DNA from: Candidatus Poribacteria bacterium
GTDB taxonomy: Bacteria > Poribacteria > WGA-4E > WGA-3G
Direction: 5' to 3'
Assembly (NCBI GenBank): GCA_965205015.1
Contig: OZ242029.1
Location: 3,296,001 to 3,360,000, forward strand
Length of the DNA: 64,000 nucleotides
Positions 29,880 to 39,597 of this stretch are shown in pieces; the first letter of the stretch is position 1, and every line of letters starts with the position of its first letter. The position numbers were made by a program, and so were the translations under genes. Under the pieces are notes generated by a model. The model saw only the letters and a program-made list of their open reading frames with translations, searched no databases and was not told the DNA's origin.

Positions 29880-32297
29880 TCATGCGAATACCTCCGTGAA
29901 AACTTCGGTGACATGTTCTACAAATAGAAACTCAACACCAGATTGAATGTCTTCCGGAACTTCAATAAAGTGTTTTTTGTTGCCTTCTGGCATGATGACC
30001 TTCTTGATACCTGCCTGCTTCGCGGCAAGAATTTTTTCCTTCACGCCTCCGATAGGTAACACCCTTCCTCTAAGTGTAAGTTCACCTGTCATGGCGATTT
30101 GAGGGCTGATGCGTTGTTGTGTAGCAATTGAAGCAAGCGCCGTCGCAATTGTAATGCCAGCCGAGGGACCGTCCTTAGGAATTGCGCCTGCTGGCACATG
30201 GATATGAATGTCGTTTTCTAAGACGTTTGGGTCAAACTTAAGCGCATCGGACTGGGATTTGACATAGCTCAGAGCAGCCTGTGCGGATTCCTGCATGACC
30301 TCGCCGATCTGACCCGTGATACGCAGTTGCGTCTGAGCATTTACCTTTTTAGTAGCCGCTACCTCAATGAAGAGGATCTCGCCGCCGGCAGGTGTAACAG
30401 AAAGCCCTGTTGCGACACCAATATCGGATTTACGACTCGCAATTTCAGAATCGAACTTCGCTGGTCCCAAATACCCTTGTATGTCCTTCGTTGTGATGGT
30501 GGTCGGATCGGTGTTCCCTTCGGCAACACGACGTGCGACTTTTCGGCAAACGGTACCCAGTTCGCGCTCTAAATTTCGTACACCCGCCTCGCGCGTATAT
30601 TCACTGATGACTTTGTCAATCGCTTTATCCTTAATGTCAATCAACTCATCTTTCAAGCCGTTCTCTTTCAATTGACGCGGGATCAGATACTGCTTGGCGA
30701 TAATTTGCTTCTCGTTGGCAGTATAGCCGGGAAGTTCTATGGTTTCCATCCGATCGCGTAACGGGGGTGGAATGGTATGAAGTTGATTTGCTGTTGTGAC
30801 AAACATCACGTTTGAAAGGTCAAATGGGACATCAAGGTAGTTGTCCGTAAATGAATGATTCTGTTCCGGGTCAAGGACTTCCAAGAGTGCGGAAGCCGGG
30901 TCACCTCGAAAATCGGATCCAAGTTTGTCAATTTCATCAAGCATAAAGACCGGATTGTTCGACTCGGCTTGTCGAAGTCCTTTGACGATGCGCCCTGGCA
31001 TTGAGCCGATGTAAGTGCGGCGATGCCCGCGGATTTCGGCTTCGTCGTGCATACCTCCTAACGAGATACGCACAAATTTTCGGTTCATTGAGCGAGCGAT
31101 AGACCTGCCGAGAGAGGTTTTTCCGACCCCCGGTGGTCCAACGAAACAGAAGATAGGTCCCTTCATATCGGCTTTAAGCATACGAACAGCAAGGTATTCC
31201 AAAATCCGCTCTTTGACCTTTTCCAAATCGTAGTGATCCGCATCAAGAATTTCTTGTGCCGCGGTGAGATCTAAAGCGTCTTCCGTGCTGACACACCATG
31301 GCAGATTTAACAACCAGTCTAAATAGTTTCGAGAAACAGTTGATTCAGGCGAGAAAGACTGCATTTTAGAGAGTCGTTTCAGTTCTTTTTCCGCTGCGTG
31401 TTTCGCTTTCTCGGGCATTTCAGTTTCGCTCAACTGTTCCCGCATTTCATCAATTTCAAGTCCGAGGTCATCGGATTCACCAAGTTCAGTCTGAATAGCT
31501 TTGAGTTGTTCTCTGAGATAATATTCACGCTGTCCTTTGTTAATGACGGCTTGCGCGTTATTTTGGATTTTGCTTTCTAATTCGTGGAGGTCGAGTTCTT
31601 TAGCGAGTATAACAGCGAGTGTATTCAAACGTTCATGGATAGAGACCGCCTCCAAAACGCGCTGCTTATCGTGTGGCTTTAAATCCAGCATGGCAGCGAT
31701 ATAGTCAGCAAGCCGACCCGGTTCATCAATCATCGTTTTGGTGAGGCTGCCGTATTCCTCTTGGTAGCGCGATGACATCTGCACGATGCGCTGAAACATT
31801 TCATCGTTGCTGCGAACGAGTGCCTCTACCTCCAGATCCAGTTCTGGGTTCCCAAAAGGAACGCGATCATCATGACTCATCACATTCACCCGAACCTTGA
31901 CGAACGGTTCGGTGTGCAAAATCTCCTCGATTTGGACGCGTTCGCGTCCATGGGCGAGGAATAACACGTCTTCATCGTCAGTTTTGTATCGAAGGATGTG
32001 TATTAAACTCCCGATTGGACTGAGGTTACTCTTTTTAAGGACCTTGATATCCTCTTTAGAGAGATCTTTTTTCGGGCGAAAAATGCAAAGCATCCTCTCA
32101 TGCTCCATAGCGTTTTCAACAGCCGCAGTTGCCATCTTTCCGGTGAGTGCAACGTGATGTGGCGGAAAGGGTGGCACCGGCGGCATATATGGAAAAACGA
32201 CGAGGTCATCTAAGGGGAGGAGTGGGAGTTCCTGTACCAGTTCTTCTTCAGTGGTATTTTCGTCTCTGTTTTCTTCTTCTCTCTCTTTGGTTTCCAT
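29880..32297 (-). CDS. lon: Endopeptidase La (Lon)
   Basis: GPPGVGKTS, GHRRTYIG, PKDGPSAG, IGGVKEK. Confidence 0.97.
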   Translation of the reverse strand: METKEREEENRDENTTEEELVQELPLLPLDDLVVFPYMPPVPPFPPHHVALTGKMATAAVENAMEHERMLCIFRPKKDLSKEDIKVLKKSNLSPIGSLIHILRYKTDDEDVLFLAHGRERVQIEEILHTEPFVKVRVNVMSHDDRVPFGNPELDLEVEALVRSNDEMFQRIVQMSSRYQEEYGSLTKTMIDEPGRLADYIAAMLDLKPHDKQRVLEAVSIHERLNTLAVILAKELDLHELESKIQNNAQAVINKGQREYYLREQLKAIQTELGESDDLGLEIDEMREQLSETEMPEKAKHAAEKELKRLSKMQSFSPESTVSRNYLDWLLNLPWCVSTEDALDLTAAQEILDADHYDLEKVKERILEYLAVRMLKADMKGPIFCFVGPPGVGKTSLGRSIARSMNRKFVRISLGGMHDEAEIRGHRRTYIGSMPGRIVKGLRQAESNNPVFMLDEIDKLGSDFRGDPASALLEVLDPEQNHSFTDNYLDVPFDLSNVMFVTTANQLHTIPPPLRDRMETIELPGYTANEKQIIAKQYLIPRQLKENGLKDELIDIKDKAIDKVISEYTREAGVRNLERELGTVCRKVARRVAEGNTDPTTITTKDIQGYLGPAKFDSEIASRKSDIGVATGLSVTPAGGEILFIEVAATKKVNAQTQLRITGQIGEVMQESAQAALSYVKSQSDALKFDPNVLENDIHIHVPAGAIPKDGPSAGITIATALASIATQQRISPQIAMTGELTLRGRVLPIGGVKEKILAAKQAGIKKVIMPEGNKKHFIEVPEDIQSGVEFLFVEHVTEVFTEVFA

Positions 32298-32352
32298 GTT
32301 TCTCTCCTTTTTAAAATAGATGTATCATTACGCATGAATTTATCGAACAGTG

Positions 32353-32369
32353 TGCAATATCTGTGCCAA
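32353..32369 (-). promoter_or_regulatory. Sigma-54 (-24/-12) promoter of lon
   Basis: Minus strand TTGGCAC-AGATA-TTGCA matches the TGGCAC-N5-TTGC consensus, about 55 bp upstream of the ATG. Confidence 0.75.
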
Positions 32370-32501
32370 TAACAATTGCTTGAAATAACGGGAATTTCCA
32401 CTAAATGTCTGCCAAACTGGCACAGTCTTAAAAAGGTTATGATGTCATCGGTCAATTTGACCTCTTGATAAGGAACGGATAGAGAGCACAATCGGAGAAC
32501 A

Positions 32502-34460
32502 TCAGGGCCAAAATTGATATAGCGTAGTGTTTGCAAGAATGCTGCCGATGCTCCACAAACTTCCACTGATGTAATCTCCGAGGGCAAGTCCGAGGAAGAG
32601 CGGCACCATACGTCTGTAAGCCTTGAGTCCTCCTTGATGCAATACAACTGCCTTTGCGACCCATGCAACGAAAAGACAGCTCCAGAGGTTGTACATGCCC
32701 CAACTGTTTGCCATAGCATAGCCGAGTGGATGTAGGGGCCACCACAGGAAACGGGTTCGCAATAACATGAGTCCGAGAGCGACTCCTGCGCCGCCACCCA
32801 TAAAGGCGAGAGCGGGGACATCCGTGCCCTGTGGATAATTCAACCAGTTTTCAAGTTGTCGATAAACGCCTCTGCCAAACCCTAATGCCCAGGGACCGTA
32901 ATAACCGGTCTCTGCTCCATGTCTGTAGTAACTATCCAAGAGTAGCCAGAATATAACGATCGCACCGACGAGGGTCGCGATAACAATTGCCGCGGCGGTG
33001 TGCTGTGGACGGATTTGCCGTCGCTCTGAAATTTTCAATGCCTCTAATTCTTGCGGCATCGGGTGCGCTCGATAGGCTCGGTTGAAGAACATGTACAGCG
33101 AAAAAACCGTTTTTGTACGTGTCGTCAAACGCTGGGTGCCGAACGCTGTTACGATTAACCCGTGCGGGTCGACTCTGTGCAAGTCATGAACTAAGAATCC
33201 TAATTCTGCCCGAAGTCGGGCAATCATCGTCGCGAGCAAAAAATAAAGCCCGAAAAAGATCGGAATTACCCAAAGTGACATTCCTGCCTTATAGGAAAAC
33301 ATGGACAAAAACAGCATCCCGATCAAGATGCCGAGAAAAGCGATGTGATAAGGCATCGGTTCACGCTGCATCTCCACCTGAGATGTGCCTCGAAACCCAT
33401 CTACGACTCCGGTAAAAATCCGTTTGATATGCGTTCTGCCGACCCATCCAGCGGTCCCGAGAAGCACCATATATGCCCCGAAACTCTGGGCATCCGCATA
33501 AGGAAAACCCGGTAGATTCCGTATCCCAAGAATACTACCTGCCATTAACTCAAATTTGTATACCCAGTAGAACGCCCAGCACGAAAAAAGTAGATCCAGT
33601 GGAATGAGGAAACTAATCCCAATGGCAAAAGGATAAAACGAGAGACGCACACCCCCCATCGCATTCCAAGGGCGACCGGTGAAGTACTGATGGATGTTTT
33701 GCCGTTTAACGGGTAGATATGGAACTGCTGGATAAATCGAATTAAGTAAGTTTAGGATGCTAATGGCTACGGCAATACTGAAGCCCAACCACATCAGCTT
33801 GTTTTTGAAAAAACTTGTATTCGGCTCCGTCATCGCGAGCGGAAGTTGAATAATTGGATACGTCAGTCGTTCCCGCTCAGTCCATTGGATACGAAGCAGT
33901 GTGTTGATGCACAGCATAACGAACATCAACACGAGGATAAAAATTGTCCACCACACCACAGGAGCCGCCCAAGCGGTAAGATGTGCCTTTCGATAGAGGC
34001 TGGATTGCCCCTCATAATACCCCGATAAGACGCTGGTGTCTTGAACGGTTAGCCATGTCGGAAGTTCCTTCCAAAAAAGTTGCTGCCATTCATTCTCAGA
34101 CGTTGCGAACCGAAAAGGATGCCCGAGGATCGTAACAAGGATTTCCATCATATCGTGCGAGCAGAGCGAAGAAACAATGCACAACATGACGTAGATTGTA
34201 AGCAATTCCGCCGGGGTCAGCTTCAGTTTTGGAGATAATTTTCCCAATACTGCCCCGAACACCATCAGCCAAAAGATTATGAAAATGACATTGGACAGGG
34301 GATGAATTAACGTCGGATGTGTATAGCGGACAACTTCCAACTCGATAATCCAAAAAACGTTAAGAGGAATCAGAAGCATTGCGATGAGAAATGCTTTGGG
34401 TGTTAACCCACGTTCGCCTCTGAACAAGCTTCGCTCTACATCCCCTGTATTGTCTGTCAT
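32502..34460 (-). CDS. Polytopic membrane protein (DUF6785/DUF6784, OPT-like transporter family)
   Basis: Many TM segments; QWTERERLTYPI, WWPLHPLGY motifs; start set to MTDNTG because the longer start lies in a repeat. Confidence 0.75.
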   Translation of the reverse strand: MTDNTGDVERSLFRGERGLTPKAFLIAMLLIPLNVFWIIELEVVRYTHPTLIHPLSNVIFIIFWLMVFGAVLGKLSPKLKLTPAELLTIYVMLCIVSSLCSHDMMEILVTILGHPFRFATSENEWQQLFWKELPTWLTVQDTSVLSGYYEGQSSLYRKAHLTAWAAPVVWWTIFILVLMFVMLCINTLLRIQWTERERLTYPIIQLPLAMTEPNTSFFKNKLMWLGFSIAVAISILNLLNSIYPAVPYLPVKRQNIHQYFTGRPWNAMGGVRLSFYPFAIGISFLIPLDLLFSCWAFYWVYKFELMAGSILGIRNLPGFPYADAQSFGAYMVLLGTAGWVGRTHIKRIFTGVVDGFRGTSQVEMQREPMPYHIAFLGILIGMLFLSMFSYKAGMSLWVIPIFFGLYFLLATMIARLRAELGFLVHDLHRVDPHGLIVTAFGTQRLTTRTKTVFSLYMFFNRAYRAHPMPQELEALKISERRQIRPQHTAAAIVIATLVGAIVIFWLLLDSYYRHGAETGYYGPWALGFGRGVYRQLENWLNYPQGTDVPALAFMGGGAGVALGLMLLRTRFLWWPLHPLGYAMANSWGMYNLWSCLFVAWVAKAVVLHQGGLKAYRRMVPLFLGLALGDYISGSLWSIGSILANTTLYQFWP

Positions 34461-34481
34461 ATCTCTGACTCTTGCTTTTAC

Positions 34482-34697
34482 GGGCAACCACAAGGGATTG
34501 CCCCTACGGGCAACCATAAGGGATTGCTTCTATGGGCAACCATAAGGGATTGCTTCTATGGGCAACCATAAGCCCCTACGGGCAACCACAAGGGATTGCT
34601 TCTATGGGCAACCATAAGCCCCTACGGGCAACCACAAGGGATTGCCCCTACGGGCAACCATAAGCCCCTACGGGCAACCACAAGGGATTGCCCCTAC
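34482..34697 (-). repeat. Tandem array of nine REP-like units
   Basis: 26-bp GGGCAACCA(C/T)AAGGGATTGC(CC/TT)CTA(C/T) and 20-bp deleted units, head to tail, no spacers. Confidence 0.92.
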
Positions 34698-34700
34698 TAT

Positions 34701-35951
34701 CTATCGAATCCACCCGCGTTCGCCTTCTATGAACACCTCCGTTTTCAATTCTGCGCAACGTCGCTGATAATTCTGTAAGGTGTCTACTGCTGCCGTACCA
34801 GTTAGGATGCTCGGAAACTGATTGGCAACTTGTAGAGGCGAAGTTACCTCGCCCTTACTTTCCTTGGGTTTTCCTGGACGGACAGAGGTTTTCGGCGGAT
34901 CCGTCAAAATTGGGATCAACTCAATTGACTTCAAAGTTTTAGCGTCAAACGTTGCTTTCGGGATGACTATGTGCGAGTGCTGTTTATTGTAAGCATCATA
35001 GATAAAATCTGAGAGACTGTAAACAATCGGTTTGTCTTGGTATAACTCAATACCACCAAACGTATGGAGTTGTTGGCATACCACCATGTCGGCGCCTGCG
35101 TCGATGAGGGCATTGGCAAAAATCCGCTGACGGTCGATCGCCTCATTCATAGAGTGGCTTCTGCTTCCCCAGTGTAACCAGACGAGCACAAGTGCTGCTT
35201 TCGTCCGAATCTGTTCGACAGCATTTATCATTTCGCTGTAAACGGCATAGGCAATTGGGTCCTCCGTGTAACGTGCGAATTCGTTCACTCGGTAATACGC
35301 TAACAACGCGACCTGCGCAGTCTCAGTTTCACCTCGCCTGACGGGTACCCATGCAGGTAGTTTCGCGGTTTCCCTGCTTGTACCAGCACCGATCGGTTTG
35401 ACATTATACCATTCCAGTTCTGTAATCGTATCTGCCAACGCTTCAAAACCGAAGTCCATTATATGTGGGGTGGCTAAGGAGACAGCATCAAATCCAGCGT
35501 TCGCAATAGCGCTGCCGACTCCCGGTGCCGCCCGAAAAGGATGTTCAATCCCGTACCGCGGTTCACCTCTTTCCGATATGCTCGTGTTCAGGGAAGCGGT
35601 CGCGACATCCGCGGATTGAATTAAATCAGTCGTGCCCTGAAAAAACACACCAGCCCCTTTGCTCTCAATCAAGGGGGTCATCCGGCTACTAATCGTAATA
35701 TCGCCGACGACAAGAACTGAAATTTCCTTTGAGGAAACGGATTCATCCGCTGCGATTTGCCCGGTAATTCCACCGAAGATCGTCATAAGAGTCGCTATGA
35801 GCAGCGTAGCGATTGGCAGTCGGAAACCGTCAGCAATCAGTTTCCACGGGCGACGCGTTCCCTTCTCGCAAGATGGATTTGCATTGACAATGCCACTGAC
35901 GGTTAGTGACTGACGACTGAAGGGTATAGCGGTGTATCTAATTTTCGTCAT
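34701..35951 (-). CDS. CapA family (metallophosphoesterase-like) protein
   Basis: VGD, GFDAVSLA..H..DFG, LHWG, IDAGADMV, PIVYSL; several metal ligands look substituted. Confidence 0.8.
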   Translation of the reverse strand: MTKIRYTAIPFSRQSLTVSGIVNANPSCEKGTRRPWKLIADGFRLPIATLLIATLMTIFGGITGQIAADESVSSKEISVLVVGDITISSRMTPLIESKGAGVFFQGTTDLIQSADVATASLNTSISERGEPRYGIEHPFRAAPGVGSAIANAGFDAVSLATPHIMDFGFEALADTITELEWYNVKPIGAGTSRETAKLPAWVPVRRGETETAQVALLAYYRVNEFARYTEDPIAYAVYSEMINAVEQIRTKAALVLVWLHWGSRSHSMNEAIDRQRIFANALIDAGADMVVCQQLHTFGGIELYQDKPIVYSLSDFIYDAYNKQHSHIVIPKATFDAKTLKSIELIPILTDPPKTSVRPGKPKESKGEVTSPLQVANQFPSILTGTAAVDTLQNYQRRCAELKTEVFIEGERGWIR

Positions 35952-36609
35952 TTTCCAAGTTTCTATCTAAGGCTTCATCGAGATCCAGATTAATTCCGAA
36001 TTCATCCAGCAAGTCATCATTTTTCAATTTCATCCCAAGCATAATGAGGGTTTCGGCTAAAGTTAACCGATCGACTTTGGCTGTTTCAAGGGTTTCGGTT
36101 TCAGAAACCAACTCTGTGCGTAGAGATTCCTGGTTTCGGCGCGCTTGCTCTCGCAAGAGTTTCACTTCGTTGGTGAGCCGATCAATTTGTTTCTGGAACT
36201 CACTGGCGAAATCATTGATGAGGGTTGACAATTTCTGGAGGTCTGCCTCACTGCGTGCAGTAATCCCATCAAGCCTTGCATCAAGTTTCGCGTCGATAAG
36301 TCCCTCAATTTTTTCTAATGTTAACCCTAAATCTTCGCCCCCAAGTTTGTCGGACAGACTGCGAATATCAGTTTTGACCGCTGCGATTTCCTCGGAGACG
36401 TGTCCATGTACACCAGCGAGTTTGTCATCAACCAGCTGTCGTATGTCCTCTAATTCTTGGTTGAGAGTGCGCAAACGTTTGTTGTAACTCTTGATATACC
36501 TACCGATTATGCTGTCGCGGAGATGTGCCTCCAGCTGATCTCGCGCTGGAACTTCTTCAGTGTCCATACTGTCATGTTCCAAACCTTGGATATCTATCGG
36601 GTTTCGCAT
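35938..36609 (-). CDS. Hypothetical coiled-coil protein
   Basis: Heptad-rich, KVDR..LA tail; GGAGG RBS; overlaps the start of the CapA gene. Confidence 0.75.
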   Translation of the reverse strand: MRNPIDIQGLEHDSMDTEEVPARDQLEAHLRDSIIGRYIKSYNKRLRTLNQELEDIRQLVDDKLAGVHGHVSEEIAAVKTDIRSLSDKLGGEDLGLTLEKIEGLIDAKLDARLDGITARSEADLQKLSTLINDFASEFQKQIDRLTNEVKLLREQARRNQESLRTELVSETETLETAKVDRLTLAETLIMLGMKLKNDDLLDEFGINLDLDEALDRNLENDEN

Positions 36610-36722
36610 GTATAGTGTTCCTCCGTTTTTATGGCTATCGCCTATCGGTAGTCGATTGTCGGGTATACTTTGTGGGTACCCACTTGGGCAGGCACAAGAT
36701 AGGTCCCTGCTGCTGACAGTTC

Positions 36723-37775
36723 CTACGGATAGTTATAGACGTTATCGGATTGACTCGGTGTGTCGGCATCTTCAAAACCAATATCTGATTGTGCGGATGC
36801 CTCACGATTCGCATTAAATTCGCGTAAGATACAACTAACTATCTCTTCCGTATAGGCTTGGGCATCAACACGTTGTTGATTTGCTTCCCATGCCATCCGT
36901 GCTGCTGCTTCAAAATATTCTGCGTGTTTGTAAGCATCAAGGAGATCTTTACCGCGTGAAAATGTTCCATGCCCTACCCAATAAAGAATATGCCGCTCGG
37001 CGTTCCCGCCATTCTGGAAAAGGCGTAGACTCTCATAAGATAACTCTGGAATGCCGGGTGCCTTCTCTTCCACAAACCCGATACCGCTGGATTCATCGTA
37101 TATGATAGGCGTTTCCGGTTCGTATCCTCTGAGGAAGTTGTAAAACCGATCAGGGACCCCGTGTTCTGTACGAGAAATGAGATTCAAAAACTTCGGTTGC
37201 AAGTGCACAAGGGCATTAAATCCACACCCTTCTAACTGCTCAAAAATAAGGAGATAATGGAACATTTCACTTGTCGGTGCTGGTGGCGCGATACCCTCTC
37301 GATTCAGCTCTAAGACCGCTTGGTCGGGGGTGCCGAAGCGCATGCGGTAGTGTACGCCATCGGGTTCGACTTCAATGAGTGTTAAATTGAGGGCAGGATG
37401 TTCAATGCCAATCATATCCAAACGTGAGCCTGACTTTGTGAGCAGGACATGTCTTCCAGCTAGCCCTTTAACAACAATCTGTGGGGGCAGTTGGTAGCGC
37501 GGCGAAGCATTGTAAGAGATGAGACAGGCATCCTCGACCGTTTCAGTTAACACTGCGCCCATATTGCCAGCAGTCGCCCATAAATATTCGTGGGCGTGGG
37601 CGTGGGCGCCGACCCAGCCCATTTGCCCTATCAGCGTTCCACATTCGCTGTCCGGTGAAATCGGACGCAGGTCGGGATGGTATCCCCGCTCGCGCCAGCG
37701 TTCGTGACGATAACTTTGTGGTGGAGGGGCTGTTAGCGCGTTTGTCAGATACGGATTGGTTAATGTTGAATCCAT
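36723..37775 (-). CDS. Class II aldolase/adducin family protein (rhamnulose-1-phosphate aldolase-like)
   Basis: AGNMG, PTSE, LVHLQP, PG..EL, WVGHG, EAAA. Confidence 0.7.
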   Translation of the reverse strand: MDSTLTNPYLTNALTAPPPQSYRHERWRERGYHPDLRPISPDSECGTLIGQMGWVGAHAHAHEYLWATAGNMGAVLTETVEDACLISYNASPRYQLPPQIVVKGLAGRHVLLTKSGSRLDMIGIEHPALNLTLIEVEPDGVHYRMRFGTPDQAVLELNREGIAPPAPTSEMFHYLLIFEQLEGCGFNALVHLQPKFLNLISRTEHGVPDRFYNFLRGYEPETPIIYDESSGIGFVEEKAPGIPELSYESLRLFQNGGNAERHILYWVGHGTFSRGKDLLDAYKHAEYFEAAARMAWEANQQRVDAQAYTEEIVSCILREFNANREASAQSDIGFEDADTPSQSDNVYNYP

Positions 37776-37910
37776 TTTTTAAATTATACCTTGCGGATTT
37801 TTTAATTTTTCCTTTTCACCAAAACGATTTACTTGTCCTTTAACTATACCATGTCTAAAACGAAATAGCAAATTTTTAGTGGACGAATTGATCCGCGTTA
37901 CGGTTGTTTT

Positions 37911-37939
37911 TTGACACCTTCGTTTTTATATGGTATAAT
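37911..37939 (+). promoter_or_regulatory. Consensus sigma-70 promoter upstream of fumC
   Basis: TTGACA-N17-TATAAT with extended TG. Confidence 0.8.
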
Positions 37940-38103
37940 ACTAAAATTAAAATTGAAAGGAGTCGAGGGAGGCGTGCGGCGAGGTGTCTTTTCTTCATTA
38001 AAAACATAGCCTGCAACAATACGCAGAAACGCGCAGGTGGGTCTACGAAAGGGGACGTCATTGACACAACCACCCTCACTGAACCGCAAGGTAAAATTAA
38101 AAA

Positions 38104-39492
38104 ATGCGAAGGGAAACAGATAGTATGGGGACGCTTCACGTCCCAGGAGACCGATATTGGGGGGCACAAACACAACGTGCGCTCCAAAATTTTAAAATTG
38201 GTGAAGAACGTTTGCCGCGTGCCGCGATATGGGCACTCGGTACCATTAAACAGGCGGTTGCGCACGTCAACGCAGACCTCGGTTTGCTCGAAAATCGGCT
38301 TGCTGAAGCCATCAGCGGTGCAGCACAAGAAGTTATTGATGGGACATTAGACGATCACTTTCCACTCCGTATTTGGCAGACGGGTAGTGGCACCCAAACA
38401 AACATGAATGTCAATGAAGTCATCTCGAATCGGGCAATTGAGATGCTTGGCGGTGAGTTGGGAAGTAAAGACCCGATCCATCCGAACGACCACGTCAACA
38501 AATCCCAATCCACAAATGATGTCTTTCCAACTGCTATTCATTTGGCGATGGTCCGACAGATTCAAGAGCATCTCTTACCGCGCCTGAGTTCTCTGCAAAC
38601 GGCATTTGCAGAGAAGGTGTCTGCCTTTGCGGAGATTGTTAAGATCGGACGAACCCATCTGATGGATGCGACACCCCTCACGCTTGGGCAGGAATTTAGT
38701 GCTTACACGCAACAACTCGTTGCCGCAGAACAACGTATCAATGCTTCGCTGCCGCATCTTTCTGAACTTCCAATTGGTGGAACCGCTGTTGGGACGGGGC
38801 TAAATACACATCCGGACTATACGGCGCGGGTTGTGGCAAAGTTATCAGAAACAACAGGTTATGAACTCAGGCGCGCATCGAACGCATTTGAGGCACTCGC
38901 GTGTCGAGATGCCGTTGTGAGTGCAAGCGGTGCCTTGAAAACACTGGCGGTGGCTCTATTTAAGATTGCAAACGATATCCGGTGGCTCGCTTCGGGACCT
39001 CGGTGTGGACTCGGTGAATTGCAGTTACCTGAGATGGAACCCGGAAGCTCGATTATGCCGGGAAAAGTGAATCCAACGCAATGTGAAGCCGTCACGATGG
39101 TGTGCGCACAGGTGATGGGAAATGATACAACCTTGGCATTTGCCGGGGCAAATGGGGCATTGCAATTGAATGTGTTTATGCCTGTGATTGCCTATAACGC
39201 TTTACAATCTATACAACTCCTTGGCGATGCGTGTGCGTCATTCCGTGAGAATTGTGTCGAAAGTATCGTGCCAAATACTGAAACAATAGAGCGGCATCTC
39301 TCGGAATCATTGATGCTTGTGACTGCATTGACCCCGCATATTGGATATGATAAGGCGGCAAAGGTTGCGCAATATGCGCATGAACACGGAAGCACACTAC
39401 GCGAGGCGGCTATTGCCCTTGAGGTGCTGACAGGTGAGGCGTTTGATGAACTTGTTTTGCCGGGGGAAATGACGCGCCCGAATTTGCAATAA
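38104..39492 (+). CDS. fumC: Class II fumarate hydratase
   Basis: [31 protein letters not shown]. Confidence 0.97.
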   Translation: MRRETDSMGTLHVPGDRYWGAQTQRALQNFKIGEERLPRAAIWALGTIKQAVAHVNADLGLLENRLAEAISGAAQEVIDGTLDDHFPLRIWQTGSGTQTNMNVNEVISNRAIEMLGGELGSKDPIHPNDHVNKSQSTNDVFPTAIHLAMVRQIQEHLLPRLSSLQTAFAEKVSAFAEIVKIGRTHLMDATPLTLGQEFSAYTQQLVAAEQRINASLPHLSELPIGGTAVGTGLNTHPDYTARVVAKLSETTGYELRRASNAFEALACRDAVVSASGALKTLAVALFKIANDIRWLASGPRCGLGELQLPEMEPGSSIMPGKVNPTQCEAVTMVCAQVMGNDTTLAFAGANGALQLNVFMPVIAYNALQSIQLLGDACASFRENCVESIVPNTETIERHLSESLMLVTALTPHIGYDKAAKVAQYAHEHGSTLREAAIALEVLTGEAFDELVLPGEMTRPNLQ

Positions 39493-39494
39493 AT

Positions 39495-39597
39495 GGTTAT
39501 CGGTTATCGGTTAAAGAGGTTTTTGACTTAACCAAACTGCCTCTTAACCGATAACCGAAAGAAAGTCTGCGTAGCAGATTGCCGTACTGACAACTAC
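39495..39597. repeat. Heptamer-flanked inverted repeat, likely a bidirectional terminator between fumC and rpoC
   Basis: TCGGTTATCGGTTAAAGAGG...CCTCTTAACCGATAACCGA. Confidence 0.75.

Noticed and set aside
34482-34697. Possible CRISPR array
   Set aside because: Repeats abut with no unique spacers and there are no cas genes; it fits tandem REP units
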